The notes beneath the pieces are model-generated. The model had not been told where the DNA came from, made no database searches, and was given only the letters and a program-made list of their open reading frames with translations. A stretch of 63,390 nt of DNA, the filler included, from Pelomyxa schiedti (taxonomy: Eukaryota; Protista; Evosea), in NCBI GenBank assembly GCA_020536535.1. It is 23 parts of 23 records of this genome, joined end to end, with 100 filler letters (N's around TTAATTAATTAA, not from the genome) between each part and the next. Parts side by side here need not be neighbours in the genome. Positions count along the whole stretch, not along the records: positions 33,715 to 35,022 come from JAHLWZ010002600.1; positions 35,123 to 36,236 come from JAHLWZ010002812.1; positions 36,337 to 37,445 come from JAHLWZ010002823.1; positions 37,546 to 39,157 come from JAHLWZ010002385.1; positions 39,258 to 47,173 come from JAHLWZ010001335.1; 18 more parts are not named here. The stretch is one strand, 5' to 3'. Shown here in pieces: positions 33,615-46,642 of the stretch. Numbering within the stretch: the first letter of the stretch is position 1; each line of letters begins with the position of its first letter. A program made the translations under genes and the position numbers.

Positions 33615-34663
33615 NNNNNNNNNNNNNNNNNNNNNNNNNNNNNNNNNNNNNNNNNNNNTTAATTAATTAANNNNNNNNNNNNNNNNNNNNNNNNNNNNNN
33701 NNNNNNNNNNNNNNGTGACGCACCCCCAGTCAAATGACGTGCATCGTAGTGAGATCGTTCGCGGTGGTCGCGTGTGCGATTACGCCATTGGCTGGTTGTG
33801 GTTGTTGTTGTTGGACATCACACTCTGTTGCGCGTTGAGGGAGATTCGCGGTGGGTTTGGGTTGGCGATGAGGCTTCCGCCGCCCGAACTGGGGATTTGG
33901 TGGTTGGTGGTGGGCACTCATCGTTGTGGTGGTCACGTAGCGTGATTGCAGATTGTTTGTGTGATGGGGAATTGGCCTAATTTTGCCGGGACTCCATTCC
34001 AACAACGTGGGCATAGCGGCGACGGAGCTGAGGCATGCGAGTGGAGAAAATATCCCGGGGCTGGGGCTGTGTTTGTGAGGCATTCCCATTCTGTTGGGAT
34101 TCCATGGTAATTTCATTCTCTTGCGGCCATTCTTTTTTTATGGTCACCTGTTGTAGTTGTTTTGTTGGTGAGTGTCGCACTCCCGCTGACGATACCAACC
34201 GAAACCGTTGTGTTTTTGATTGAACTCATCAGAACAACAAAACAGAAGAAAGAAGCTGATATCTGCACAGGCCACCAACTGAGGGTTTTGAAACCAACTG
34301 GGCCCATCAATCTCAGGTAATGCCTACCACTGCAAACACTACTTGCATCATAAATCGTGGAAGCGATCTTGGCAATTGTTTCTACAAACATGCTATGTGT
34401 TGTAGGCGAGGAGTCAGTGGCCATGTGTTATTGACTGTAGGAGGTTTTGTGCCATCTCTTGTCTTTTACACAAAAAATTCATTTCCACCAGAAAAAAGCT
34501 CCTCGGAGACAAATGTGACTTGTAGAATTTGGGTATTAAAGCTGCTCTTTAATTAATAACATTCCCAACACAAAATAAAAATAAAATAAAAAACAAACCA
34601 ACAAAGCGACAGCGAGAATCTTCTCATCAACAACAACAACAATAATCATTTCCTCTCGCAATA

Positions 34664-34935
34664 ATGCCTGTCACTGTGTCTCCACTGTAGTCTCACTCAC
34701 TTTCTTAGTTTGGGCTATGCCACAAAGTTGAATGACCTGACTCGCTACAAGCCCGAGACTTTGGCTCCTTCGCCGAGTTCAAGAGAAAGTTCTCTGATAC
34801 ATGTGATTGATGTCTGGGAGCATGCCTATTATTCATTGACTACCGCGGCAGGTGCGCTGCGTATGTCGAAAAGTGTGGAACCTTGGCAAGGCCTCAGGAT
34901 CTGGACTGCTGTGCAAAGCAGCCCGAGAGCACTGA
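34664..34935 (+). pseudogene. Fe/Mn superoxide dismutase pseudogene remnant
   Basis: GYATKLN, VIDVWEHAYY and a frameshifted IDYRGRCAAYVEK follow in order; the middle of the protein is deleted. Confidence 0.8.
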
Positions 34936-35827
34936 GGGTCTCAGTAACACCCAATGTGCTCCAATAGAGGGAATGATGAACAACATGTCAATTCTGTGGC
35001 TTCCCCAGCTCTAGGACAAGAANNNNNNNNNNNNNNNNNNNNNNNNNNNNNNNNNNNNNNNNNNNNTTAATTAATTAANNNNNNNNNNNNNNNNNNNNNN
35101 NNNNNNNNNNNNNNNNNNNNNNGAGTTGCAATTTGTTGGATGCCAATGGCTTCACAACTCAATTTGAAAATGCTCCAAAAGGAAATACCCATCATCAAAC
35201 CCAAACATCAATTCCAACAACCTTTGCATTCCACTTCACCTACTTTGACTCATTCAGCAACACCACCCCAGTCAAACTTGGAATGCCTCATTCAAAACAC
35301 CACTCACCAAGCAATCTCCCAAGGCATATTTTTTGATTGTGGGTGCCACCCAACGTTGTAGGCCTCAGTGGCACAGCTGATGTCGTGGGCGCCGGTGCTG
35401 TTGGGTAAACCTTCACCCCTTCGCTTGTCTGTTGCTGCTGTTGTTCCGCTCGACGCCTACACATACGTGGGTGCCGACACCCGACACCTACAGCCTTTCT
35501 GATCATTTTAAAACGAAAAAACGGAGACTGGAAAAATCTGATGACTCTGCCTCCAAGTTGATAGTCTCGCCCACACTATTCCAGTTAGTAGATCTTCTAG
35601 CACTTGTTGGTCTCTCCGCCCCTCATCCAGTCATTGTGGGTGCGCCCACACATTCCCCCTTCTCTTAGAGTTCCCTGGCAGCCGTGGGTCCGCCCACATG
35701 GGCATGAAAGGAAAATGTGTCCCCTTGTGACGTCAGTTAACACCTGCAGTATGAATGATAACCCGAACTTTATTCCTTAGAAGACCGTCGACAACTACAC
35801 CCACCCCACCACTTCCTGAAGTACTTC

Positions 35828-35943
35828 AGACAGCCGCCCCTTGGGGTGGCTGTTTTGCACATGGTTTTGATAGGACAGCCGCCCAAAAAAAGGGGCGGCT
35901 GTTTTTACAGGAATTTGACAGGCCAAAAAACAGCCGCCCTTTG
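35828..35943. repeat. Cluster of inverted ACAGCCGCCC / GGGCGGCTGT motifs forming tandem hairpins
   Basis: Three forward copies (about 35830, 35875, 35930) and two reverse copies (about 35845, 35893). Confidence 0.85.
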
Positions 35944-36471
35944 ATCCAGATGCCCCCCTGTGGTTGCTTCTGCTGTCCTCTGGCATCAGCCCCGTCCTTC
36001 CGCACCGCCTGTACTATTTTCGTAAATGAATAAGTGCCATGGCACATTGCCAAGATCCCATTTTTGTTGCCAACTTGGGAATTTCCCCAGATAAGCAGCC
36101 TTTGAATAGGCTTGACAGCCACTGTTTTTTTTGTTGTTGTTCTTTGAAACCGAGAACTCTTGGCTTATGTCAGGATGAATAGCACGCATTGATACATTGC
36201 TCAGACTGCGTTGTGTGAGTGCTGGAAGAAAAAGGANNNNNNNNNNNNNNNNNNNNNNNNNNNNNNNNNNNNNNNNNNNNTTAATTAATTAANNNNNNNN
36301 NNNNNNNNNNNNNNNNNNNNNNNNNNNNNNNNNNNNAGATCCAGGCGACACCTAGAACTGATTCTAGCGCCTTTATAAGGCGGGAACAACACCATCGTAG
36401 TTATAGCAAGCAAAAGCTAAAGTAATAAACAATAAACTCTTGTGTTTGTATTCGGGCCTCTTTCTCCCTTA

Positions 36472-37170
36472 CTACACAAGTAAAACAACAACCATCGACA
36501 CCCCAGCACACCTCACAGTGTGGTGGTTACTATCCCAACCCAATCTACCTCGGCACAGAAGCCGTTGCTTCGTTTTCATATCAAATCGCTGCACACAGTG
36601 ATGTGCATTTGCACTCATGCCACCAAAGAAGAAAAGGGTGCCATTAAGTGATGACACGTGTCCATAACTGCTCAAAATCAGTGTCCTGAAACAACCAATA
36701 ACTGCCTACCAGGAAGCCCAGTGGGTCGAATGGACTTTGAGACTATTTTCAGGTCACGTAAATGAGGTTCTAGAAGAGAAGATTATTCTGGCCCTCCTGA
36801 TTCGTTATTGCGTTTCACATTATGCTTTGCCTGGGGATAATATTTATTTAAAATAATGAAAATGTGTATTTTACTTGTCTGGAAGTTATCGGTGATGGCG
36901 ATTCCAAACCAGAAATTGTAGAAAGCTGGAGGAGAAAATCTTGCACCCTAGATAACAATGTTGGCCTGTGTCCCGTCCACATAGCGACAGTCGAATCGAA
37001 CGATAAAATGTCCTCTTTCAGGGAATCGGTGATTGATGGTAATCTGTTCTGTTCTTTCTCTTTTTGGGAGTGACGACACGGCTACCGAGTAGCCACGAAG
37101 TTCCCAGAACCGTAAATGGGGGCTGGCTTTGGTGGAACTGGTGCATTGTGGGATGTCATGCATTATAAAT
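36472..37170 (-). pseudogene. Fragmentary kelch-repeat-like gene
   Basis: YGHVSSLNGTLFFFGGMSANAHHCVQRFDMKTKQ resembles one kelch blade; surrounding frames are broken. Confidence 0.4.
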
Positions 37171-38524
37171 AACCTTTTGTCCTGTCTCGCAAGTCACTCT
37201 TTTTGGGAAGGCGTTTGCTCCTGTCCAGCACGGAAATGGGAATATTGATATGGATCTCGCAACCGTTGACTAAGATAACCAAGAGTGTTCTTGACGCATG
37301 AATGTCAGTTTTTTGTACTGTGTGTTTGGGAATTCAGTCGACTGCATGCCAAGTCCTCTGGAGTATATGCATACTTATATGTTACGTGTAACGCATCCAA
37401 ATCTAAGTGAAGGTCCTTGTCATTTTTGAAAAATTCTTACCTCTANNNNNNNNNNNNNNNNNNNNNNNNNNNNNNNNNNNNNNNNNNNNTTAATTAATTA
37501 ANNNNNNNNNNNNNNNNNNNNNNNNNNNNNNNNNNNNNNNNNNNNCACCGTTCCGCCACCACTACGCACCACCGGCACGGCCACGGCCACGGTCGACCCT
37601 CGGCACACCGCATCACTTCCTTGTTTTTCTTTTGTGTATGTCGTCTTTATCTTTTTTTGGCATGGAGTGTGTGGGAATCCGAAATCGAAATTTTCGCGCA
37701 ATGGGAATCTTCAATCTTCTCCTTTTTGGGCTTCTGATGCGTGCAGAAGAGAAGGTTTCTTGTCTGTGTCCCCTTCACCAGATTATGTATGGAGTCTGCA
37801 AAACTTTGGTGTTGGCCAGTGTTCCCAGGCCAGTGTTCCCATGATGTTACCTGGATGCCGGTGTTTCATTGCACAAAGGTGTGGAGTCTCTGGAACTGCA
37901 TGGACGTTTGGTGGCTTCTCATTGCATTCATTGGCAGACTGGGTTGTTTAATGCTGTTGACAGTATCAGAATCCTTGCGGGCATCACGGAACAGCATGTC
38001 AAGGATTGTGAGATTCATCCAGAGAGGTCGTCTTGTCATTAACTTTGCCGCGTGGGTTTCTGTTGCTGCTTGTATCGATCATTGAGTGAGGGGAACCAAC
38101 CACATTGAAGAAGAGTGTTGAGCCCAGTTCCTGCTCGAAGACCACACTTGTTATGTTGTTTCCTCAGCTCTGAACATCGTTGCCAGTTGCAAAACAAGTT
38201 GGATATGTTTGAGAAGGTGCCGCGCGGCTTATCATTCGACGGATTGTGGGAGGTGGTGGTCAATCAGCAACCAATTCTAAGGCACGTGGTTCACTGATTA
38301 AATGGGAGGCTCCACCAAGGCATCCAAGAACATAAAGAGAGACTGTTGTCGATGGCGACCCGTGGCACGGTGTCTCCCGGCGTCGTCCGACCCAGGTGTC
38401 TACATCCCACAAGTCTCTTCTTCCACCCGAACGTATAGCAGGGACAGCGTGCCACCTTCTGCACCGCGGTCCAGACTCCCACACCCACAACCGCCACAGC
38501 ATTATGGCACATGCGCCGCTACAA

Positions 38525-39157
38525 CTACGGACAGAGCCGCACGCGACGACGCGGCAATGTCGTCGGCTTCTGGTTCCGTAACCGCGACGCGATCGAATGC
38601 ACCGACAAAAACCCGCCCGGAAACGAAACGGCGCCCATCGTTCTGAGCAGACCACCATACTTGTGAATCAACCTGAGAATGGACCCCAAAGCGTAGCGGC
38701 ATTGAGTACTAAGAACAAGGACGATGAGTTGAGTGTGCCGGGCGTGGGGAGCTTTGCCGAATTTACGCGAAGATGTACTTGGTGATAATACATTCTGGAA
38801 GTGGGAATATTGGCACTGAGTGGTCTCACTATCACTATCACAAAGTATTCCAAAGCAGAATGTCACTGCATCAATTAAGTTGCACAAGTAGTTGCATCCC
38901 AATCTGGTACACACAACGAAGAGACCAGAATATAAGGGTGCAAAGGTACTGTCAACCACAAAGAAGTCAGGTAGAGCTCTTGTGCGCAACAACACTGCCT
39001 TGGACTCGGACTCAACCATACGACGAAGTGGAACATCCCATTTCACTTCAATTATCACTTGCAGCCAACCGTGATGAAAAGCAGGGTTATGATAGCAAAC
39101 ACAGTTGGTAGCCATTCCCTCATCAGCGATATTGACACAATAGCAACAAACCTATTT
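38525..39157 (-). CDS. Hypothetical protein fragment, possibly the C-terminus of an ARxQ-family gene
   Basis: ORF with YSGLFVV..NLIDAVT resembles the family C-terminal 'SGxhF..hhDxxTG' pattern. Confidence 0.35.
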
Positions 39158-39257
39158 NNNNNNNNNNNNNNNNNNNNNNNNNNNNNNNNNNNNNNNNNNN
39201 NTTAATTAATTAANNNNNNNNNNNNNNNNNNNNNNNNNNNNNNNNNNNNNNNNNNNN

Positions 39258-39518
39258 CAGCGGCGTCGCCAGCCTCGCCGTCACCACCCCCGCCCCGGTG
39301 CCCACGTGGCGGTACCGCGCCACCGCCGCCCCCAGCGGCCCGAACCGCGCCGTCTCCTCCACCACGAACGCCGCGGGCCCGCCCAGCACGGTGAGAAAGA
39401 AGCGGCGGCAGTCGCGCCACACGCCGTGGTGGTAATAGAAGCAACGGATGCAGGAGCATGCAAAACCGTCGGGGTCGAGCACAGGTTTGCTGTTGCGGTG
39501 CTCGTCTGCCGCATCCAA
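39258..39518 (-). CDS. Hypothetical protein, 5' part
   Basis: GC-rich ORF MDAADEHRNSKPVLDPDGFACSCIRCF... open to the contig edge. Confidence 0.5.
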
Positions 39519-39618
39519 CGGGTTGGCCTTTGTCTGAACTGGCAGTTAAAAGAAAGTTTTTCAAAATGGGAGTAGTGCCGTGTCGAACACGAAAATTAGA
39601 GTTGTTTGACCCCCAATT

Positions 39619-42600
39619 TTATTCACCGACACGGACCGGTGCGTTCGATTGGGATGGTGCCCAATCTTGATTTTTTTGCCGAGTCAGTGGAGCCAAGGTG
39701 GAGTAGCATGCCGAAATCCTTGAGGTGATGTCGCTCTCATAAGCAGGAGGTATCTGCCATCCTGAGGTTGTTGTGTTGGAACTTGTGCTTTCTGTGAGGC
39801 CCTGACCATATGGTGAGGGGCAAGACTCGAAATAACATGAAGTTAGGCAGCTGTATAGCAGCTGCACAATCAAGCTGAACGGTGGTCTCTCATTCTCTGT
39901 GGGCGAGTCTCAAACTTATGTTGAAGGAAAAGATCTCTGGCAAACCTACAACAGAGAGGCACCACTCCACCACCTTTTCTAGAATGTGTGTGGATTTTGG
40001 GTAAAGATTTGAAGTCCCGAGCTCCACAACAACCCTCTTAAGGCAGGTATCCCTTCTCTCCAAGTACCTGGCAACGGTGTTTCCATCAATATCACGTTCG
40101 GTGAGAAGTCGCCTCACTTCCTCTGTAACTAGTTACTGATAAAGCACACAACAGATGAAGAACAAAACCTTTGGCACTCTTAGAAAGGTGGCTTTGAAGT
40201 TCTTTTAGGGACCGAATATTTTCTGTATCCTGAATTTGACCACAAATCATCTCACTCATCAAAATGGCAAATTGCCACATGTCGCCTTTGAGGATGTTTG
40301 TTGTCTAATTAGTAAAAGAGGGCCTCACCAGCAATTGTGTAGTGAAGTGTCTGCATTTGTGGTGCCATATAAAAGGGAGTTCCAGGCATGTATGTCATGC
40401 CATTGTCTCTGGGAACTACTTTAAGGGCCATTCCTTGAATGGTTATGGTTGCCTGGAAAAAAAAAAACTGCAGCAGAATATACCAAAATCACAAATCTTT
40501 GGAACTCCAGAGGCATCGAATACAATATTCTTACTACTCAAGTCTCGGTGCATATAGTTGTGTCTTAAAGTTTTTCGTAATTCCAGGGAAAAAAAAAAGA
40601 AACCTAACCTGTGAATAGCCTCCATTCCCTTGGCAATTCCCCAGGAAACTACTGTTGCCTCTTCAATAGTTAATTTTTTTTTCTAAAGATGTTAGACTGT
40701 AGAATAACAAAACTATGATTCGGACTTGGGCAATAAGGCATGCCAGATTGCAACCAAGGAGTTCCGAGACAATCCACAGCTCTGAAACAGGGGGACATGT
40801 GCCAATAAATTTTACTATATTTGGATGTTCCAGTGCGGCGACAGTCTATGGAAGATGAGAAGAGCAATTTCTGTACCGGCCAAAAAGTGAACACCTCAGC
40901 TTCCCGCTGGAACTTGTTCAGGTAAAACGGCGAATTAAGATTGGAATGCAGTTCTTTCACTGCAAATCTCTCTTTGGTTCTTTTATGCTCACTCTCATAT
41001 ACTTTGCCATACGATCCACCACCAATCTGTTTTCCAAGAGTGAGATCAGTTTTCATCATTTCCAGAACAGGTTTCATCTCTACTCTTATTGAGTGAAGAG
41101 CAGCTGCAAAAAAGGAAGCATAAATAAAAGAAAACAAGTTATGCCAGTTACGGTAGTCTTCAAGACACTGAGACAAAGTCAGCAGAGGAGATAATGGCTC
41201 TTCACCATGTCTCTTTACAATATAAACTTTTTGGTGACTGGTATCAACTCCAAACCGGTTTTGAATAGACATCTTAATGACCTTTTTTTTGGTAGTTGTT
41301 GGTGACTTTCCTTTTTTCCCGTAATACCTTTTCCAAAGGACAACTGCAGCAGAAAGCTTCTTGAAAATTGTTGCTCTCAAATGTAACATTAAGTTCTTTT
41401 TCATGGCTTTGTGGAAGCCTCTTGACCCATGCACCTCCTTGAATGTGTTGTAGGATATGCTGCACATATATGCATGAGTCCTAGAATTTCTTAAAAAGTA
41501 ATTTAAAAAAAAGGATGCATGCCTCTGACACTACTTTGTTAATTTTGGAATGTTTATTTTGGGTATAGAAAACAAAAGCAAGGGCCAAGGTCAGTATAGA
41601 GGTAATTGCATAGCTCCATAACTTGAGGTGAAAAATCGTTCTTTCCATTATCGAAGGATTGTCAACAACTGTGTTTCCTTTAGTAAGACCTGTTGCAATC
41701 AGTTTAGCTTCAGCAGCCTGCCACTTAGTCTCAGCAATCTGCTGCTTCACTTCAGTGTCCTGTAGCGCAGCTTTCGCATTCTGCCACTGAGTGTCAGTGT
41801 CCTGCCACTTAGTTTTGGCCTCATGCCACTTTCTTTCGGCGTATTCCCACTTGGCTTCGGCATCCTGTAGCTTAGCTTCAGTGTCCTGTAGCTTAGCTTC
41901 AGTGTCCTGTAGCTTAGCTTCAGTGTCCTGTAACTTAGCTTCAGTGTCCTGTAACGTAGCTGTAGCACTCATAAGCTTAATTTCAGTATCCTGTTGCTCA
42001 GCCTCGGTATCCTGTAGCCTAGCTTGAGCATTATACCACATGGCTTGAGTGTCCTGATACTTAACTGAAGCATCTCTAAGCTTCGTTTCAGTATCCTGTT
42101 GTTTAGCTTCAGCATCCTGTAGCCTAGTTTGGGCATCCCGCCACTTAGCTTCAGCTTCCTGTAACTTATTTTCAACATCCGTCTGCTTTGCTTTAATATC
42201 ATTGTAGTGACAGTGAACCTCCCAATTTTTTTTATCCTGCTCCAATCCTCTGTCCCATTCACCATTGTATCTGTCACCATTGACCAGTAGTCGCACCCCA
42301 TGTCCATGATACTTGTCATTCCTCCACTCACCGATGTAACTCCCACCATCTTCATATAAGACCCTCCCATTCCCACTCCTTTTGCCATTCTTGAACTCCC
42401 CAATGTAAATTTCACCCCCTGATTTCAGAGTCCCTTTGCCATGAATGGTTCCCTGTGACCACTGGCCCTCGTACACCACCACACCCTTCCCATAAGTGTA
42501 GTTGCCGGGCCCCTCCATCACTCTCTTCACGCCCCAGCCATGAAGCTGGGATCGTGTCCCGCCAAACCAAGCCCACTCCCCCTCGTAAACCAAGATAGTT

Positions 42601-42842
42601 TTATCTTTCTGACGCTGGTGCCAAGTCCCCCTGGTGAAATTACCTCGATCCCATAACCCCTCGTAAGTGGAGCCATCTACTGCAGGTACCGTCGCCCAGC
42701 CGTTCAGAGGGTGCTGTGTTGTAAAATAAGAGACGCCCGACAAGACCACACAGGTCACAAAGATCACTAGGATCAGCCCGCAAAGGCATTGGCATAACGA
42801 TTTGAAACAGTCGCACATGGTGGCGTTTTCCTGGCCGCACAA
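39619..42842 (-). CDS. Multi-exon receptor-like TKL kinase: TM, MORN repeats, coiled coil, TM, kinase
   Basis: Hydrophobic LILVIFVTCVVLSGV; MORN repeats YEGxW..G..HG.G; LQDTEAK heptads; TM YAITSILTLALAFVFY; kinase motifs IGGGSYGKVY, FAVKEL, HRDLSSKN, KICDFG, GTPFYMAPQ, DMWQFAIL. The true start may be the ATG at about 42818. Confidence 0.85.
41700..42170 (-). repeat. 21-bp coding tandem repeat (heptad LQDTEAK)
   Basis: Near-perfect (agtgtcctgtagcttagcttc) units at 41860-41955 with degenerate units on both sides. Confidence 0.9.
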
Positions 42843-43062
42843 ATACTGATTGTTTAGATAGTGAGGCTAGCATGCAATCCTTGAATGCCACTCAGTGCCC
42901 GTCAAGAGCTCGCAGCCCTTCGTTCACCATTGGTGTCTTGTTTGAGCTACTTGGACACACCTTCGTCATCATCTCTCAGTGCCTTGCTTGCCTCAGTGCA
43001 TTTCAGGAGACCTACACAAATAAAAACCTAGAAGCGGCGAAGACAACTACTCCTACGAGAGG

Positions 43063-44343
43063 ATGGTGCGTAGAAATACTTTGTTCGTAAGCCTTACGGT
43101 CGACGCCAACATTCACACAGGCAACGACAGCAACGAATAGTGGTGCCCAGACAGTGGATCCGTGGTGTTGGGTGAATGGCACATTGATGCCCCTGTCGTG
43201 TGCGAGTGTCCCGTGTCGCGATCTCACGGTTCTCAGGGGGGCAGGTTCATCTCTTCTTTTTGTTATTAACCGCCTGAGAACACGTCCACCACAACAACAA
43301 AAGGAATATTTGATTTCTTGAGGACCTACTCGGAAGCACCGTTGTTGTTACCCCATTCTTTGGAGAGGTTCCGCAGAAGTGCCGACTTGGTTGGCCTGAG
43401 AATACCCTATGACGACGACACTATTACCGCTGCCGTCAACTTGGTTTTGGAGCGGAACAAAAGTACGCAGTTCTGTGTACTGTAAATCAGTGTTGCTGAC
43501 TTTGCCAATATTTGGCGGGGTTCAAAAACAGGTGTGTACAGTGGAGAGAGTGGAATCAGGCTGCTACTGTCTGGTGGAATTACTCTAGACGGCCTTACTC
43601 CCCACGGAACACCGTCACTCATTGTGATTAGTCAGCCGCTATCCCGCTATCCAGCTGAGTGCTATACAAACGGTGTCAAGGCAATTACTGCTCCAATGCA
43701 CCGATTTATCCCTGGTATTTTTTATGAATGTCCGGGAGTTCTTTGAACCTATTTCGATTCAACCTCCCAAGCACTTCTAGTGTTTGAAGTGTCCATTCCT
43801 TGACACCCTCTTAGAAGCAAAACATCTGAACTACCTCCCGGCAGTTGTTTTGGCACAAAAGGCAAAGCAAGTCGGAGCAGTTGAGTCGATTTATATGAAC
43901 CCAGATACTAGAGGTATTCATCTGGCATTAGACTCTCCTAATTTCCACTCCAGTTATATATGAGGGCTCTGTTTCCAACATTTTCCTTGTGAAAAATGGT
44001 GTACTGATAACTCCTCAAACAGTGAGAAATCTTAATTATTGTGCAATCTTTCAACCAACTAAGAAACAATATATAGGGGATATTACTTGGAATTACTCGC
44101 AAACACATCCTTCAGTTGGCCCGTACCCATGGTTGGGCTGTGGAGGAAAGGGAAGTTCACATAGATGAACTCCTGCATGCTGATGAGGCCTTTTTCACTG
44201 CTGCCAATAAACGAGTCCTTCCAATAGTCAATGTTGATGGAGCTGTAATAGGATCAGGCACAGTGGGACCCAAAACAAAAGCAATGATGGAACTCTTTGA
44301 TAACATCACAATCAACCTCAAGCCAAAGACCAGTGGGTTGTAA
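43063..44343 (+). CDS. Class IV PLP aminotransferase (D-amino-acid / branched-chain type), multi-exon, intron right after the ATG
   Basis: Spliced motifs WVNG..DLTVLRGAGIFDFLRTY, ERFRRSA, IRLLLSGG, EAKHLNYL (PLP lysine), EGSVSNIFLVKNGVLITP, ILLGITR, ADEAFFT..VLPI..VDG..IG.G.VGP.T. Confidence 0.92.
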
Positions 44344-44441
44344 AACCAAACAGAATTTAATAGATGGTTTTCTTTTGCTTCAATTGTGTATTTTGCATAG
44401 ATTATTCTTTTATGACTTGATTCTACAGAATTGATCCTATT

Positions 44442-46642
44442 TTAGCAGTGGCACCATAGTCGTAAGGCCTTCATCTTGATTTGAAATTTGCTTGGGGGAT
44501 GAGGCACATCGGGGAGAGAAAGGCTGTTTTCTTCTACAAGAGGTGCTTGTGCTTCTTCTCTTTTCTTTAACCTCAATTGCATGACCTTGCGGCTGGAGTT
44601 TATCAGCCCCTTGGTATAGAAGTTGTGTATCATCAGAGCAATGGCGAAAAGGGCAGCTACACCGGCACATATGGCGAAAATGTATGACGTCAGTCTGGGT
44701 AAAATATTAGTGTGTTTTTGAATGCGGGTAAAATTACGCGTAATCGTCATTGGTGGCCTCAAGGACAGCTCCTATAATAAGTGGAAATATGGCAAGACCA
44801 ATATTTTGGATTGAGTATGAAAGACCAAATGCGGTTGCCGTCAAGCTCTTGGGAACTAAGAGAGCAACACACCTAAAGGATTGGTGGTCGTAAAGGATTT
44901 CATTTTAGGGAAAATTACGGCCATAATGAAGCAGCAAGTGCTGAGTAGGAAAAGCCCATCATCAACATTGGAACGAGAGGAGGGCAGTTGTCTGTTGACA
45001 GTGCCATCACCAAGTGCGTAAGAACTTGGAGGATACATGCTCCCAGAACTTAAGTGCTGAATAGTTAGGAGTGAGCATGAAGCAGCATACATACTCCATG
45101 AAAGATTGAATCCCACTATATCCACCACTAGTCCTAAAACGGGTGCCGCACAAGCCGAACTTCATGGTATTAAATGTTGGACTGATCAATGCATCCATAC
45201 ACTAAATAAGGGATCCCAATGTAGTCTCCAGCTTCCGTATCAGTCATTCCATACTTGTCCATATAAGCTGCACTAAAGAAAATTGAGAAAGAATTCGTGG
45301 TTCGTATAAGAACCTTCCAATCGTAATCCATATGAAAACTGAAACATAATACCCCACAACTATGGCAATAAGTCCATATAAGGCGACAGGGAACTGAAGT
45401 ATATCACGAAAGCTCGGTTTGGCTTCCTTGCTTGCAACAGAAGCACGGAACCCGGTTTGTTGCCTATAAAACCATAAAATAGAAAAGCTATATCGAAGCA
45501 TTACGCTTTTTTATCTGCGAGCCAAAGAAGAAGACTCCCACCAATAGAAATAAAGCACACTACAAAGCCTAGATTCGAGCATTAATGCATGCCAGTTTTC
45601 GGCATTTTCGGGATACCAAACCAAGTGGCAATGTCTGTTCCAAAGGCATTCTGCAGACGTGGAGTTATCATGAAGTTAACTGCGCTGCCCTAAATTAGGG
45701 TTATAATGATCAGATTTGGTTAGAGATGAACCAGCCGAGCAAATGAAAGGGCAATAGCAAACGCCAGAGAGAGCTCTCTGCCGCGAAACCACAAAGAAGT
45801 AAATGTGCTCTGGCAAACTTCATTTTTCAGCTACATCAAAGGGAAAAAGACTAAGTAACCTGATATGCACTCCCCACCTAGACTGTATACAATCATCAAG
45901 CGAATGAGAATTGCAGTTGAAAGAGTACTATAAATACCCATAAATGAATCGACCAGCACATGCCAGGTAATACCATCTCCAGTCTGTGCCCAAAGCAAAA
46001 AAAAGCTGTCCAATAAGAACAGTACCCGCAAAAACAAAAGACCCCAACCTATAGGAATTGGGTAAACCCATTGAGCATTGTGTTTACCTTATTCCAAAAA
46101 CTCGGTCAACTAGGTAGCCTCCACAAAAGGCAAGAACAGTATTGGGCCAGGCTTTGGTTTTTTTAGAAAAAAAACCCTAGAATATACTTACCATAGAGGG
46201 AGTAAAACAGTTCATACTGAACAGGGGTGATGTCAAACCAATCTTGGAGAACGGGCTGTGTTAAAGCACCTTAGGTTTCTTAGAAAGAATCCAAAGTTCC
46301 ACTTTAACAAGAAAGTACCAGGAATGTCATAGCAGTAATAAGAACCAAATGTAAGGGAGCAAATCAAGGCCAAACAAGAGAATCTAATCACCCTGTCTCT
46401 CCACAGGCTTTTCAGTGTGGCTTTAATACCTGCGGACTTCTCAGTTGCCTCACCACCACTCTCTGTCCCAGACACTACTTCCCCTTCAACAGCACCACCA
46501 TCTTTTGAACTAGGAGTGGAATTGTCTAGTTCAATAGGGTGCTCTGATTTGGTTTTTGTTTTTGTTTTTGTTTTGTTTGGAGGCTTTTGTTAGAGTTCGT
46601 TGTGCACTTGTGGCAACAACTACCGTCATCCGAGGTCATCAT
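44442..46642 (-). CDS. MFSD1: MFS transporter, MFSD1-like, many exons
   Basis: RFSCLALICSLTFGSYYCYDIP, LFYSLY-AWPNTVLAFCGGYLVDRVFGIR, FWFRGRELSLAFAIALSFAR, SPTFNTMKFG. Confidence 0.85.
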
